This document shows, piece by piece, positions 1 to 10,653 of a DNA stretch of 31,049 nt. Position numbers and translations under genes: made by a program. Source of the stretch: Octopus sinensis (Eukaryota); NCBI RefSeq assembly GCF_006345805.1, contig NW_021832339.1, positions 1-31,049 of the forward strand, in the 5' to 3' direction. Position 1 is the stretch's first letter. Each line of letters opens with the position of its first letter. Under the pieces are notes generated by a model. The model was not told where the DNA came from. It saw nothing but the letters and a program-made list of their open reading frames with translations, and did no database searches.

Positions 1-303
1 GCTAAAACCCTGTGAGTAGATTTGGTAGATGGAAGCTGAAAGAAGGTGGCAAGCTTGCAGAAATGTTAGCACGCCGGGCGAAATGCTTAGCGGTATTTCG
101 TCTGCTGTTACGTTCTGAGTTAAAATTCCACCAAGGTTGATTTTGTCCTTTATCTTTTCGAGGTCGATAAATTAAGTACCAGTTTCGCACTGGGGTCGAT
201 GTAATCGACTTAATCCCTTTGTCTGTCCTTGTTTGTCCCCTCTATGTTTAGCCCCTTGTGGGCAATAAAGAAATAAGATGGAAACTGAAAGAAGCCCATC
301 ATA
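1..303 (+). mobile_element. SINE family B body fragment, split by a family A insertion
   Basis: 1-44 and 276-303 match the family B body seen intact at 15011-15402 (ccttgtgagtggatttggtagacggaaactgaaagaagcccgtc). Confidence 0.75.
45..275 (+). mobile_element. tRNA-derived SINE family A (tail 1), near full length, with 18-bp target-site duplication
   Basis: Head ggtggcaagcttgcagaaatgttagcacgccgggcgaaatg, B-box-like gagttaaaattcc, tail ...ccccttgtgggcaataaagaaata. Flanked by agatggaagctgaaagaa (27-44) and agatggaaactgaaagaa (276-293). Confidence 0.85.
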
Positions 304-310
304 TGTGTAT

Positions 311-485
311 CATCACTGTCATTTAACATAGGTTTTCCATCCTGGCATGGGTTTGACAGTTTGACCAGAGCTGGCACGGTCAAGGGGTTGCACCAGGTTT
401 CATTGCCTATTCAGGCATGGTTTCTATGGATCCCCTTCACAGAGTGCACTGGGTGCTTTTTATGTGGTACCAGCACCAGTGCATT
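311..485 (-). mobile_element. Decayed retroposon 3' module (tail C)
   Basis: Reverse complement resembles the ...aacccatgctagcatggaaa...gttaaa(tga)n tail at 16365-16556 and 21830-21990. Confidence 0.55.
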
Positions 486-659
486 TAACATGGTACCAGC
501 CTGAGTGTTTTTCTATGTGACACTGTGTCTCCTTGTCTAGACATCACATGGTAGTTATAAATGAATGTCACTGTCTCATACATGAAGTGTCGTTCATTTC
601 CAATATTCTGTGTAAGCAGTTGTGGCCATGAGTGAGGTAGTCCCTGGTTTGGAAACAAG

Positions 660-765
660 CGAGGGTTGGTGATAGGAAAGGCATCTGGCCACAGAAAATT
701 TACCTAAAATAAACTCCATCCAACCCATGCAAGCATGGAAAAATGGAGGTTAAATAATAACGATG
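660..765 (+). mobile_element. Decayed retroposon 3' module (tail C variant)
   Basis: gggttggtgataggaaaggcatctggccacagaaaa...ccaacccatgcaagcatggaaaaatggaggttaaa; related to 15585-15630. Confidence 0.55.
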
Positions 766-1239
766 TGACTGTGAGAACAGATGTGCCTCGTTTATGCCTG
801 GGTATTGTGTTGCGTGTACATGCTGTGACTGGTGCCATCATTAGGTGCCTTGTGTATAAAGTATGTTTCTATCCGTTTGTGAAGTCCTGTCTACAAAGTT
901 AAAGCACAAGAGCAAGAAGAAGTTATACTACCACCACCACTACCACTATCACCACCATCACCATTGTATCTACTGCTGCCACCACCACCTATTTCTTTCT
1001 GCAATTTCTCTGTTCACTACCCTGACCACCACTCCTCTACTTCTTGCTTAACCTACTCCACCCACACTCACTTGGTCAAGACAAGAACCTGTGTCTCATC
1101 GACTCCACCTCTACATGGAGTCCAGTTTCTATAAAAATGTCATGTCAGTTTGTTAAACAGAACAGCTCTGCATATACACACATGTACACTCAGATGCAAA
1201 TGAAATTCAATGCAAATAAACTTAGGCGCAAATGTTCCT

Positions 1240-1600
1240 GAACAGAGACACAGATGTAAACCTGCTCAGGTGCAGGCTGACTCAGACACGGGCAGACTCG
1301 GACACAGGCAGATTTGGGTGCAGACACAAACACAAACTCAGATGCAGGCAGGCTCAGATGCAGGCAGACTCAGACACAGACAGGCTCAGACACAAGCAGA
1401 CTTGGATGCAGACAGACACAGACAGACTTGGATGCAAACGAACAGGCTACGTCACAGACCCATTCAGATGCAAACTTAGTGGGACAGAAACCCACTGTGT
1501 CACAAATGCACTCGGACACAAATGCACTTTGGTGCAGATGCACTCGGACACAAATGCACTTTGGTGCAGATGTACTCGGACACAAATGCACTCGGATGCA
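1240..1600. repeat. Degenerate minisatellite: cagactcagacac-like units, then 16-bp units (cacaaatgcactcgga / tgcagatgcactcgga / cacaaatgcactttgg)
   Basis: Directly visible periodicity. It explains the QTQ/DADT-rich ORFs 1210-1873. Confidence 0.8.
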
Positions 1601-1760
1601 AAGTTATTTGAACACAAATACATTCGGATACAAATGTTACCACGTGTTTGCAAACATGCAACTGTGTGTGGTGCAAACTTGCAAATGCACAAAATCGTGC
1701 AATTACACATAATACGTGCATTCGACACACACACATGCACTTACTCATGCCAATTCACCT

Positions 1761-1793
<33 letters not shown>

Positions 1794-3756
1794 TACAGAC
1801 GTGTGTGCATGTACAAGTATACAAACACACACACGCACCTAGCTTTGTTGGTTTTCTGTATATTCTCAAATAACACCAAGATTGTCATAAACACATAGTC
1901 TTAGCCTGTTTCTTGCTAGCTTTTCCCATCACCCTCCACCAGCAGACACTAGATGATGATGATGATGGTAGCGGTGGTCAACCCTTGTACCACCACCACC
2001 ACCATCGCGACAGAGTATACCGAAGCCTATTGCAGCTACTGCTACAACTGTTGGTGTTGTTGTTGCTACTGTACCTCCTAGAGGTGAACTAGCATGCAAT
2101 TGTCTTCAAAGAGAGGATAAAAAGCCCTCTTTTAAAAACCACTCCCCATGCAAAGGTAATCCACAAACTTCTTTTCTTGCTTTCTTTCGCTTTCTTGCCT
2201 GTTTCTCTTCTTTCTTTTTCTCTCTTCTCTTTCTTTTTTCTTTCTTTTTCTTCTCGTTTTCTCCCCCCCCCCCCCAGGACAAGGGTCGTTAATGCATGAT
2301 GACTCGTTATCTGCTTGTCAACTCCGTGCATTGTTGTTGAGATTAACTCCCTGAGACTGTGAGTGTGTGTGTGTGAGTGAGTCTATTTTGTAAATGCGTG
2401 TACCTTCATCCATGTATGGATGCATGTATGTCATTTCTGGGTGTGTTGCTCTATGTGTATACGTGTTTCTGCTTTCGTATCCATGTATCTGTGTGTATGT
2501 TGTTGTATCTGTGTGATGGGTATATGTATGTCATTTCTATATGAGAGCCGATGTGTGTATGCATCTATAAGTATGTCTTCTGGCATTTGTATACATATAT
2601 TCATATATATATATGTGTGTGTGTGTGTTTAAATACATCTTATAAACGTTGTATGATGTTTATAAGATGTATTTAATTTTTACGTATGACAAAACAGCTT
2701 ATGTATACAGCCCGTACTGGAAGAAACTTGGCAAAGTAAAATGGCTCAAACTATTTTTATTGCATACCATTTAGAGTGGATATCACCTTTTTTTACCCCT
2801 CTGCAAAAAAATTTTCTTTAATTCGCTTTGCGGGAAGGATCGTTTCAATGTAGTCGTGTTCTGCCCTTACCTTTGAAACAGGGGCAGCTGAAGAAGGGGA
2901 ATGTCCCTTGTGTTGTTTGTCTTGTACTCTGTTTTTTCATTGTTAAAGGTTTGAAAATGCAATTTAAAAGATGTTTATACACTTGACTGGTTTCACTATT
3001 TTAGAAAAAGATTGTCAAAAGTAAAATATAAAAGCTTTGTAAAAGCTTTGCTGTGTTAAGTACTGGTTGTCACAAAATATTACAATACATATATACATTC
3101 TTTGATAATAATAAGAAAATGTTAAAAACAGTTTACAAGGAAAATCTTGAAAATATTAAAACGTTCATTAAAAATATTAGGATTTCATTAAAAATATGAT
3201 TGTCAAAAGTAAAATGTGAAAGCTTTGTTGTGTTAAGTACTGGTTGTCACAAAATATAGGTAACATAACCAGATTGATGGATATGTTTATGTCTGTGTGT
3301 TTATATATATGTATACATGTATCTGTACATACATGTCATGTATGTATATGTGTATATGTTTTTCTATGTTTGTGTGTGTATGTAATGATATATATATATA
3401 TGTCATGGATTGCATAGCTGAACAGTAGAGAGCACTAAACCAGAGTTTGAGAGGTACGGTGTTCCATTCTCTGTAGGAGCCTGCTAGCTACTTTTTTGTC
3501 CAATCCATGCCAGCATAGAAAACAGATGTTAAAGGAAGAAGAAGAGGATAACAATGATGATGATTTGTGTGTGTGTGTGTGTGTGCATGTAGATTTAAGA
3601 TAGTTAATCTATACTTTTTAAGCATTTCCTTTTTTTTTCCCCCTTTATCTCTGGTTTTCTAAAGGTGTGTGTTACACATAACTATTTATACACACACACA
3701 TGAATACAGTCTTTGCTTTTATTTATGTTTGGAAGAATTTCAACTATATCTATGTA

Positions 3757-4510
3757 TCTATCCATCCATCCATCTATCTATCCCTCTGTCTGTCCATCCA
3801 GCCATCTATCTATCCCTCTGTCTGTCCATCCGTCCATCTATCTATCCCTCTGTCTGTCCATCCTGCCATCTATCTATCCCTCTTTTTGTCCATCCAGCCA
3901 TCTATCTATCCCTCTGTCTGTTCATCCGTCCATCTATCTATCCCTCTGTCTGTTCATCCAGCCATCTATCTATTCCTCTGTCTATTCATCCGTCCATCTA
4001 TCTATCCCTCTGTCTGTCCATCCGTCCATCTATCTATCCCTCTGTCTGTCCATCCGTCCATCTATCTATCCCTCTGTCTGTCCATCCGTCCATCTATCTA
4101 TCCCTGTCTGTCCATCCGTCCATCTATCTATCCCTCTTTTTGTCCATCCTGCCATCTATCTATCCATCTGTCTGTTCATCCGTCCATCTATCTATCCCTC
4201 TGTCTGTCCATCCATCCATCTATCTATCCCTCTGTCTGTCCATCCGTCCATCTATCTATCTCTCTGTCTGTCCATCCGTCCATCTATCTATCCCTCTGTC
4301 TGTCCATCCATCCATCTATCTATCCCTCTGTCTGTCCATCCATCCATCTATCTATCCCTCTGTCTGTCCATCCATCCATCTATCTATCCCTCTGTCTGTC
4401 CATCCATCCATCTATCTATCCCTCTGTCTGTCCATCCGTCCATCTATCTATCCCTCTGTCTGTCCATACATCCATCTGTCTATCCATCCGTCTGTCTGTT
4501 TGTCTGCCTG
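3757..4510. repeat. 32-bp minisatellite, about 22 copies (catctatctatccctctgtctgtccatccgtc)
   Basis: Counted about 22 tandem units from 3772 to ~4473, one of them 30 bp. The plus strand has no stop codons, which produces three overlapping spurious ORFs. Confidence 0.95.
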
Positions 4511-4619
4511 TCTGTCTAATCTATTGGTTGATGCCTTCCTATTGTTTATGCATGTGCACTCCCCATGGAGGGATGTTTATATACAGTCTATATACACACA
4601 CAACTGATATGCTATACAA

Positions 4620-5040
4620 ACACTTTGCTACCCTCTTGATGTTTGTATATTTGCTACATAAATGTATAAAATCTATATACACTTTGTGTTGCTGGATATA
4701 CAGCTGATGTATACACATATACACTCTTTACCAGTTACTTTATGCATGTTTCCCTCTTGGAGTCTAAAGAGATATATATATACACTCACTCAGTACTCTC
4801 GGGTGTATAGCTGATCTATATACCCAACAGTATAAATCTATGCTATCTCTGGTTTTGTGTATAATAGTTGCTTTATATATACTCTCTTGTTGATTATGCT
4901 GTGTGTACACACTTGCTATATACATGCCCATTCTCTGTACCTCTTGATATATAGTTGATTTATATACACATATGCAATTCCTAGTGTTCCTTGTATATTA
5001 ATCTTTTATATATACTCTCTAGTTTTATATATATATATGG
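4620..5040. repeat. Highly degenerate tandem repeat (tatacacactcttg / gctgat-tatatac motifs)
   Basis: Recurrent motifs with irregular spacing. Confidence 0.45.
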
Positions 5041-5273
5041 ATTCAGTATTTTAAAGTTTCTTTTAATTGATTTATATAAACATATTCACAATCCTTTTTT
5101 ATTATTTATTTTCATTATACAAACTCTCCTATAGATATTGTCTATATTTTTTGCTTGCTATATATTTTTATTGGTTAAATGGTAGGGTATATAGTCTATA
5201 TATACACATTCATTCTGCATTGACGAGTCTGCACATTGGTTTTGTGTGTGTGTCTGGTCTATGTATTTATCTA

Positions 5274-5310
<37 letters not shown>

Positions 5311-5314
<4 letters not shown>

Positions 5315-5619
5315 TGTGACCGACCAGGCCATCAGATATTGCTACACATCGCTGGTCACAATGCGCTTTGCATTGTTTTTTTTTAGCCTTCACTGACGCC
5401 ACCCCGATGGCTAAGCGAGCAGGCCAACACAGAAGAAAGAGTGAGAGAAAGTTGTAGTGAAAGAGTACAGCAGGGATGACCACCACCCGCTGCTGGAGCC
5501 TCGTGGAGCTTTAGGTGTTTTCGCTCAATAAACACTCACAATGCCCTGTCTGGGAATCGAAACCGCGATCCTACGACCACGAGTCCGCTGCCCTAACCAC
5601 TGGGACATTGTGCCTCCAC
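5311..5619 (-). mobile_element. tRNA-derived SINE family D
   Basis: Minus-strand head gtggaggcacaatgtcccagtggttagggcagcggactcgtggtcgtaggatcgcggtttcgattcccag has A-box- and B-box-like motifs, followed by a non-tRNA body. Flanked by (AT)n and (CA)n. Confidence 0.8.
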
Positions 5620-5638
5620 ACACACACACACACACACA

Positions 5639-5688
<50 letters not shown>

Positions 5689-6121
5689 GTGTTTGAAAAG
5701 AAAACAGAGATATACAATTGTCAATTCAAAAATTATAATTTATTAACATAATATTATGTTATATTCTGTTAATAATATAATATGATTTAATATAATAAAT
5801 ATTAAATACAAATTACATTCAATTGTTTTGATTCTTACCCATAATAAAATTATAAAAATCCATTGTTTGTGAGTAAGAATATTTTCAGTGTATATATACC
5901 CATGCGAATTGTAAAGTTTTTCTCTACTAAATTGGGTATTAAACAGTTGAGCCAGTGAAAAATTAGATGTTTTCATCCCTGTTTTCCTTGTATTGGATTT
6001 AATTCAATATAATATGTGTGTGTGTATATACACCTTTAGAGTTGATGCTGTATATTGCCTTTGTGAATGTATGTATGTAATGTAGGTATGTGCATATGTG
6101 TGTGTGTGTATTCTATCTACC

Positions 6122-6159
<38 letters not shown>

Positions 6160-6308
6160 TTTTTGCTAGTTTATTTTGTCCTTTGTCTTCTCTCCTGGTG
6201 CTATATGAACATTTAATGTGGTTTTAGAGTCAAGTTTTGGGTGCTATTTCCAGCGTGGTGGTATCTCTTATGATACCCTAAATTATAATATATATATATA
6301 TATATATA

Positions 6309-6345
<37 letters not shown>

Positions 6346-7004
6346 CACTCACTCACATGCACATATATAAATACTTATATATACATATAAAAATATGTGT
6401 GTGTATATATATATATATATATAAAATAATTTTTACTTGTGAAAACCTACGTACACATGCATACACATGTTAATATAAATACCGCTGCACCAATTCAGAA
6501 AAAAAACATGCATACACACACATGCACGCGCACACGCAAATATCGTTCAGTTGCCAAAACTATGTCAGCGTTGTCATGGTAGCTAACCAGTCATGCTCCG
6601 CCACCTGTAGCCTGCACCACCCACCGCATCTTATCAGCATCGGATATAGCCTCAAAGCTCTGGGTCCTGACCACCACGAGTACCATGACGACGACAACGA
6701 CCACCGCCATCACAGCTTAAATGAAGCAACGTTGGCATTCATGGTTTTGGAGTTTATTTTCCCTATGCTACCCTCCCACTCCTTTACCATCTTTTTATTT
6801 TTGCTTCCCAGACTCCCTCCCTCTCTCTCATCTCATCTCATCTTTCTTCTCTTTCTCCTTGGTCCAGTTACACCCTTTTCCACCCCCATTATATTGGCCT
6901 ACATCATATCTGTGCAAGTGTGTGTGTGTGATTTAGTTTCATTATGTTACATATTACTTCGAGCCCAACCCTTACCAGCGGGTAACATTGTTAGATGATG
7001 ATAA

Positions 7005-7255
7005 TGAGAGTACCATTGTTATGTACTATAGAGTACCATTATTATTACAATGAGTACCTTCTCTGTGTTAGAGTACCATTATTACACATTGCATAGAATG
7101 CTGTTGTTATATATTATATAGAGTACCTTTAGACTACCTTTGTTACATATTAGTGTGCCTTTACTATATATTACATAGAGTAACGTTATTTATTACTCTG
7201 AGTATCTTTATTATACATATATAGTACTGTTATATATTACATAGATTACTTTTAT
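7005..7255. repeat. Degenerate tandem repeat (tagagtaccattattattaca-like)
   Basis: Repeated tagagtac core with variable AT-rich linkers. Confidence 0.55.
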
Positions 7256-7260
7256 CATAA

Positions 7261-7616
7261 ACTAGTAGTATCACTCGACGTTGCTCGGGTTTGTTTCAAC
7301 CCTTTAGAATTGGAATTTTTGAAAATTAAAAATTTTGCATTATGTTGAAATACACCGAAAACTGGCGACAGAGCAGTAAAAAAATCGTAAGAAATAGGGA
7401 TTTTCATAGAAAAAAAGCACCTTTTTGATGTAAATAATTTTTGGTGTTAACATGGTCCGATTTGAATTTTTTCTTCTACAGAAGGAAGAGCAAGCATTCT
7501 TTTATCATACTTTCAATTTTGGTCAACTTGCGCCGCAGGGTCTCAGAAGAGATAGTGTTAGTTGAAGGCTACCAAACCGGCCATACACAGACAACTTCAG
7601 CTTTATTTATATATAG
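7261..7616 (+). mobile_element. Non-autonomous Helitron/Helentron-type (DINE-1/Lep1-like) element
   Basis: Starts actag...tcactcgacgttgctcgggt (imperfect palindrome) and ends acacagacaacttcagctttatttatatatag. This architecture is typical of DINE-1/Lep1-like rolling-circle elements. No TSD seen. Confidence 0.6.
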
Positions 7617-7619
7617 CGA

Positions 7620-7840
7620 TTTCATTGATATCGATCAGTGTCCAATGATGACAAAGTCTGTGTTCTCAGTGATGAGCATGGATGTTACTCCGCAGTCCAA
7701 AGCTGGAAGTGCACAGGCACCCACAGATGTCAGAGCAACAGTCTGTTGAGTGGACTGAGGTGGACGCTGCCCTGAGACGTTTTTCTCTTGCAACATCGAG
7801 ACACGGTGGCCAGTCCTCTTCAAAGGTACATAGAGTACTG
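7620..7840 (-). mobile_element. Decayed 3' end of an RTE-clade LINE (C-terminal C2H2-like finger plus short 3' UTR)
   Basis: Minus frame reads STLCTFEEDWPPCLDVAREKRLRAASTSVHSTDCCSDICGCLCTSSFGLRSNIHAHH*, resembling the RTE ORF2 C-terminus pattern FEE..R......KR.R....C..CGR.C.S..GL.SH...H. Recognised by eye. Confidence 0.6.
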
Positions 7841-7857
7841 TGATAATATATTACATG

Positions 7858-8087
7858 AAGGCGAGCTGGCAGATATGATAGCACGCTGGGCGAGATGCTT
7901 AGCGGTATTTCGTCTGCCGTTATGTTCTGAGTTCAAATTCCGCCGAGGTCGACTTTGCCTTTCATCCTTTCGGGCTCGATAAATAAAGTACCAGTTTCGC
8001 ACTAGGGTCAATGTAATCAACTTAATCCCTTTTTCTGTCCTTGTTTGTCCCCTCTATGTTTAGCCCCTTGTGGGCAGTAAAGAAATA
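7858..8087 (+). mobile_element. SINE family A (tail 1), full length
   Basis: aaggcgagctggcagatatgatagcacgctgggcgagatgcttagcggtatttcg...gagttcaaattccgccgaggtcgac...gggcagtaaagaaata. Confidence 0.9.
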
Positions 8088-8125
8088 TATATATATTACA
8101 TGAAGTACCATTATCATATATCAGT

Positions 8126-8471
8126 GAAGGCACATGGCTCAGTGGTTAGTGCATCGGGTTCACAATCATGAGGTAGTGAGTTCAATTCCCAGACCTGGCT
8201 GTGTGTTGTGTTCTTGAGCAAGACACTTTACTTCATCTTATTGCTCCAATTCACTCAGCTGTAGAAATGGGTTGCGACTTCATTGGTGCCAAGCTGTATC
8301 AACCTTTGCCCTTCACTTTGAAAACATTGGTGGCATGGAGAGGCAAGGATGGTATGCACAGGCAGGTATTGGTCTTCCATAAATTACCTTGCCTGGACTT
8401 GTGCCTCAGCAGGTAACTTCTTAGGTGTAATTCTATGGTCATTCATAACTGAAGGGGCTCTTTATCTTTAC
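8126..8471 (+). mobile_element. tRNA-derived SINE family E, full length
   Basis: Head gaaggcacatggctcagtggttag...gagttcaattcc, core gttcttgagcaagacacttt...cactcagctgtagaaatg, tail ...gtcattcataactgaagggg. Confidence 0.85.
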
Positions 8472-8520
8472 CTGTTATATATCAAATAAAGTACTACTAG
8501 TGTATCTTATATCATAAAGA

Positions 8521-8600
8521 CCCCCTTCAGTCATGAATGACCATAGGGTTGCACCTAAAAAGTTACCCTTTGAGACACAAGTTCAGACAAGGTTGTTTAT
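8521..8600 (-). mobile_element. Family E 3' fragment, inverted relative to the upstream copy
   Basis: Reverse complement aligns to 8387-8457 with about 11 differences in 71 nt. Confidence 0.8.
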
Positions 8601-9470
8601 ACAAAAGGCATGACTCCTTACCAGGTGGGCTACACTACTATCTTCAAGGTAATTTTTTCATTTGGCATACCATTTCAAAGGTTCTACAAGCCACAGTTTG
8701 CTTATGACTAGTGTAAAATGTGATGGTAAATTGAGGGAGGGAACTGTAAAACATTAGCTACATGAAGAGTTACTGCCTCCCTAAATTCACTAGCACTATG
8801 TCAGTGGCCCCGAGAAAGAAATCTCTCATGATATATTGGCCAACATATGTCTCAGGAGCAAATGCACAGTGTACACCAATTGAACCATGAGGGTAACTGA
8901 AAAAAATATAAAAAACAAAATGGTAAAATGTTAGCTACATGGCGACACTATTATCATGTGCCTAACTTTACTGGCATCGTACCAATGGCCTTCTGAAATA
9001 TGAGATTTTTCTGTCTCACCCTGTACTATGTCAGTATAAACAGAGAAATGGTCAAAGCTGGAGTGTTATTGATCATAGGTCAGCTTTATAAGGACTGATA
9101 TGGGGTGTGGCAACTACAATGTGTATTGTATATAAACTTGTTACCAGTTCAAATAAATGTGAGACATATTCAAACCTATTAGAAAGTCATTCACTGCGTA
9201 TTGTGACGGCTAATCTGTATTTTAATGTGTATTTTTGGTAATTATACCCAAATATTGTCATGTATAAATGGACTGAAACGTCATCAAGTTCTGTACCATT
9301 TTTTGGCCATGAATCAATAGCTGAAATGAATTATTACAAAGAAGAATGTGAACAAAATAGGTTTAACATCTGTTTTTCAACATTGACATGTGTCAGACCA
9401 GCCTTCTATTACAGTATATCTTCACAACGCTTCATACTGAGACTGTACCATTTACTGTAATGTCCAATGT

Positions 9471-9686
9471 CTTTTCTACTCTAGGCACAAGGCCCAAAAT
9501 TTTGGGGGAGGGGACCAGTCGATTAGATCAACCCCAGTATGCAACTGGTAATTAATTTATCGACTCTGAAAGGATGAAAGGCAAAATCGACTTTGGCAGG
9601 ATTTGAACTCAGAACGTAAAGACAGGCGAAATACCACTAAGCATTTCACCTGGTAATCTAACATTTCTGGTAGCTCACTGCTTTAA
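9471..9686 (-). mobile_element. SINE family A (tail 2)
   Basis: Family A head and core joined to the alternative tail ...ccccaaaattttgggccttgtgcctagagtagaaaag. Confidence 0.85.
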
Positions 9687-9692
9687 ATATTC

Positions 9693-9850
9693 TTTTCTAC
9701 TTTGAGCACAAGGCCCAAAATTTGGGGGGAGAGGGCCAGTCAATTATATCAACCCCTAGTATGCAACTGGTACTTAATTTATCAACCCTGAAAGGATGAA
9801 AGGCAAAGTCGACCTCGGCGGAATTTGAACTCAGAACGTAAAGACAAACG
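9693..9850 (-). mobile_element. SINE family A (tail 2), 5'-truncated tandem partner
   Basis: Second copy directly adjacent, lacking the A-box head. Confidence 0.8.
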
Positions 9851-10299
9851 AAACAGAAATGCCCAAGTTTTTGAGCCTGAACATACTACTTTCATATCTT
9901 ATAATATTTCTCTTACTACAACTTACACATACACACTCACTGTCTGCCCCTTTTCTGCAGAGCACTTCACTGCCCAATTTTTATTACATGTACAAACCAA
10001 CACAGAATTTCAAAATGTATTGTGTGTGTGTGTGTCCATTATGTGTTTAGGGAAATTCACAAATCATTGTCACAGAGGTCAGTAAACCCCAAAATAATTC
10101 TATATAAGTTAAAGATAACTGTAAAGCAAGTAGTTGTACTTTGCACATTGAATGTTTTAGCAAAGAAACTCTGCCTTTACAAATTCATGATACACACACT
10201 CACTCACTCACTCACACATACATACATACATACATACATACATACATACATGTATGCATACTTACATTCATACATGTCTGTGTACATATATACTCTTTT

Positions 10300-10653
10300 T
10301 ACTCTTTTACTTGTTTCAGTCATTTGACTGCAGCCATGCTGGAGCACCGCCTTTAGTTGAGCAAATCGACCCCATGACTTATTCTATCGGTCTCTTTTGC
10401 GGAACGACTAAGTTACGGGACGTAAACACACTAGCATCGGTTGTCAAGCGATGTGGGGGGACAAACATACACCCACACACACACACATATATATACGACG
10501 GGCTTCTTTCAGTTTCCATCTACCAAATCCACTCACAAGGCTTTGGTCGGCCCGAGGCTATAGTAGAAGACACTTGCCCAAGGTGCCACGCAATGGGACT
10601 AAACCCAAAACCATGTGGTTGGTAAGCAAGCTACTTACCACACAGCCACTCCT
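10300..10653 (-). mobile_element. SINE family B (OR2-like, CORE-like), near full length
   Basis: Minus-strand head ggagtggctgtgtggtaagtag...ggcaccttgggcaagtgtc (MIR/CORE-like accttgggcaagt), internal (AT/GT)n, tail ...gactgaaacaagtaaaagag. Confidence 0.9.

Noticed and set aside
2348-2357. miR-125-like tccctgagac (and miR-750-like ccagatct at 14518-14525)
   Set aside because: Only the 5' 8-10 nt match; the 3' portions differ and no precursor stem is visible.
2720-2960. Possible Penelope-like or other repeat end (gctgaagaagggg...)
   Set aside because: Only a vague resemblance and no second copy in the window; cannot be supported without a library search.
3669-4707. Three overlapping ORFs of 268-335 aa
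   Set aside because: They are translations of the stop-free 32-bp minisatellite; all frames give the same periodic S/I/H/P/L/Y/C/V text.
5540-5619. tRNA-like sequences at SINE heads
   Set aside because: A/B boxes are present, but there is no complete cloverleaf or acceptor stem and they continue into repeat bodies, so they are SINE heads and not tRNA genes.
5740-5776. AT-rich palindrome aacataatattatgtt and a surrounding short stem
   Set aside because: Short and almost purely A/T; expected by chance at this composition.
6522-6998. 158-aa ORF over a CpG-containing patch
   Set aside because: Made of degenerate CAC/GAC triplets and a pyrimidine tract, with no domain or convincing splice context. 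It could still be UTR-like sequence.
8169-8177. let-7-like tgaggtagt (also at 19368-19376)
   Set aside because: Part of the SINE E tRNA-like head; the rest of let-7 and a precursor hairpin are absent.
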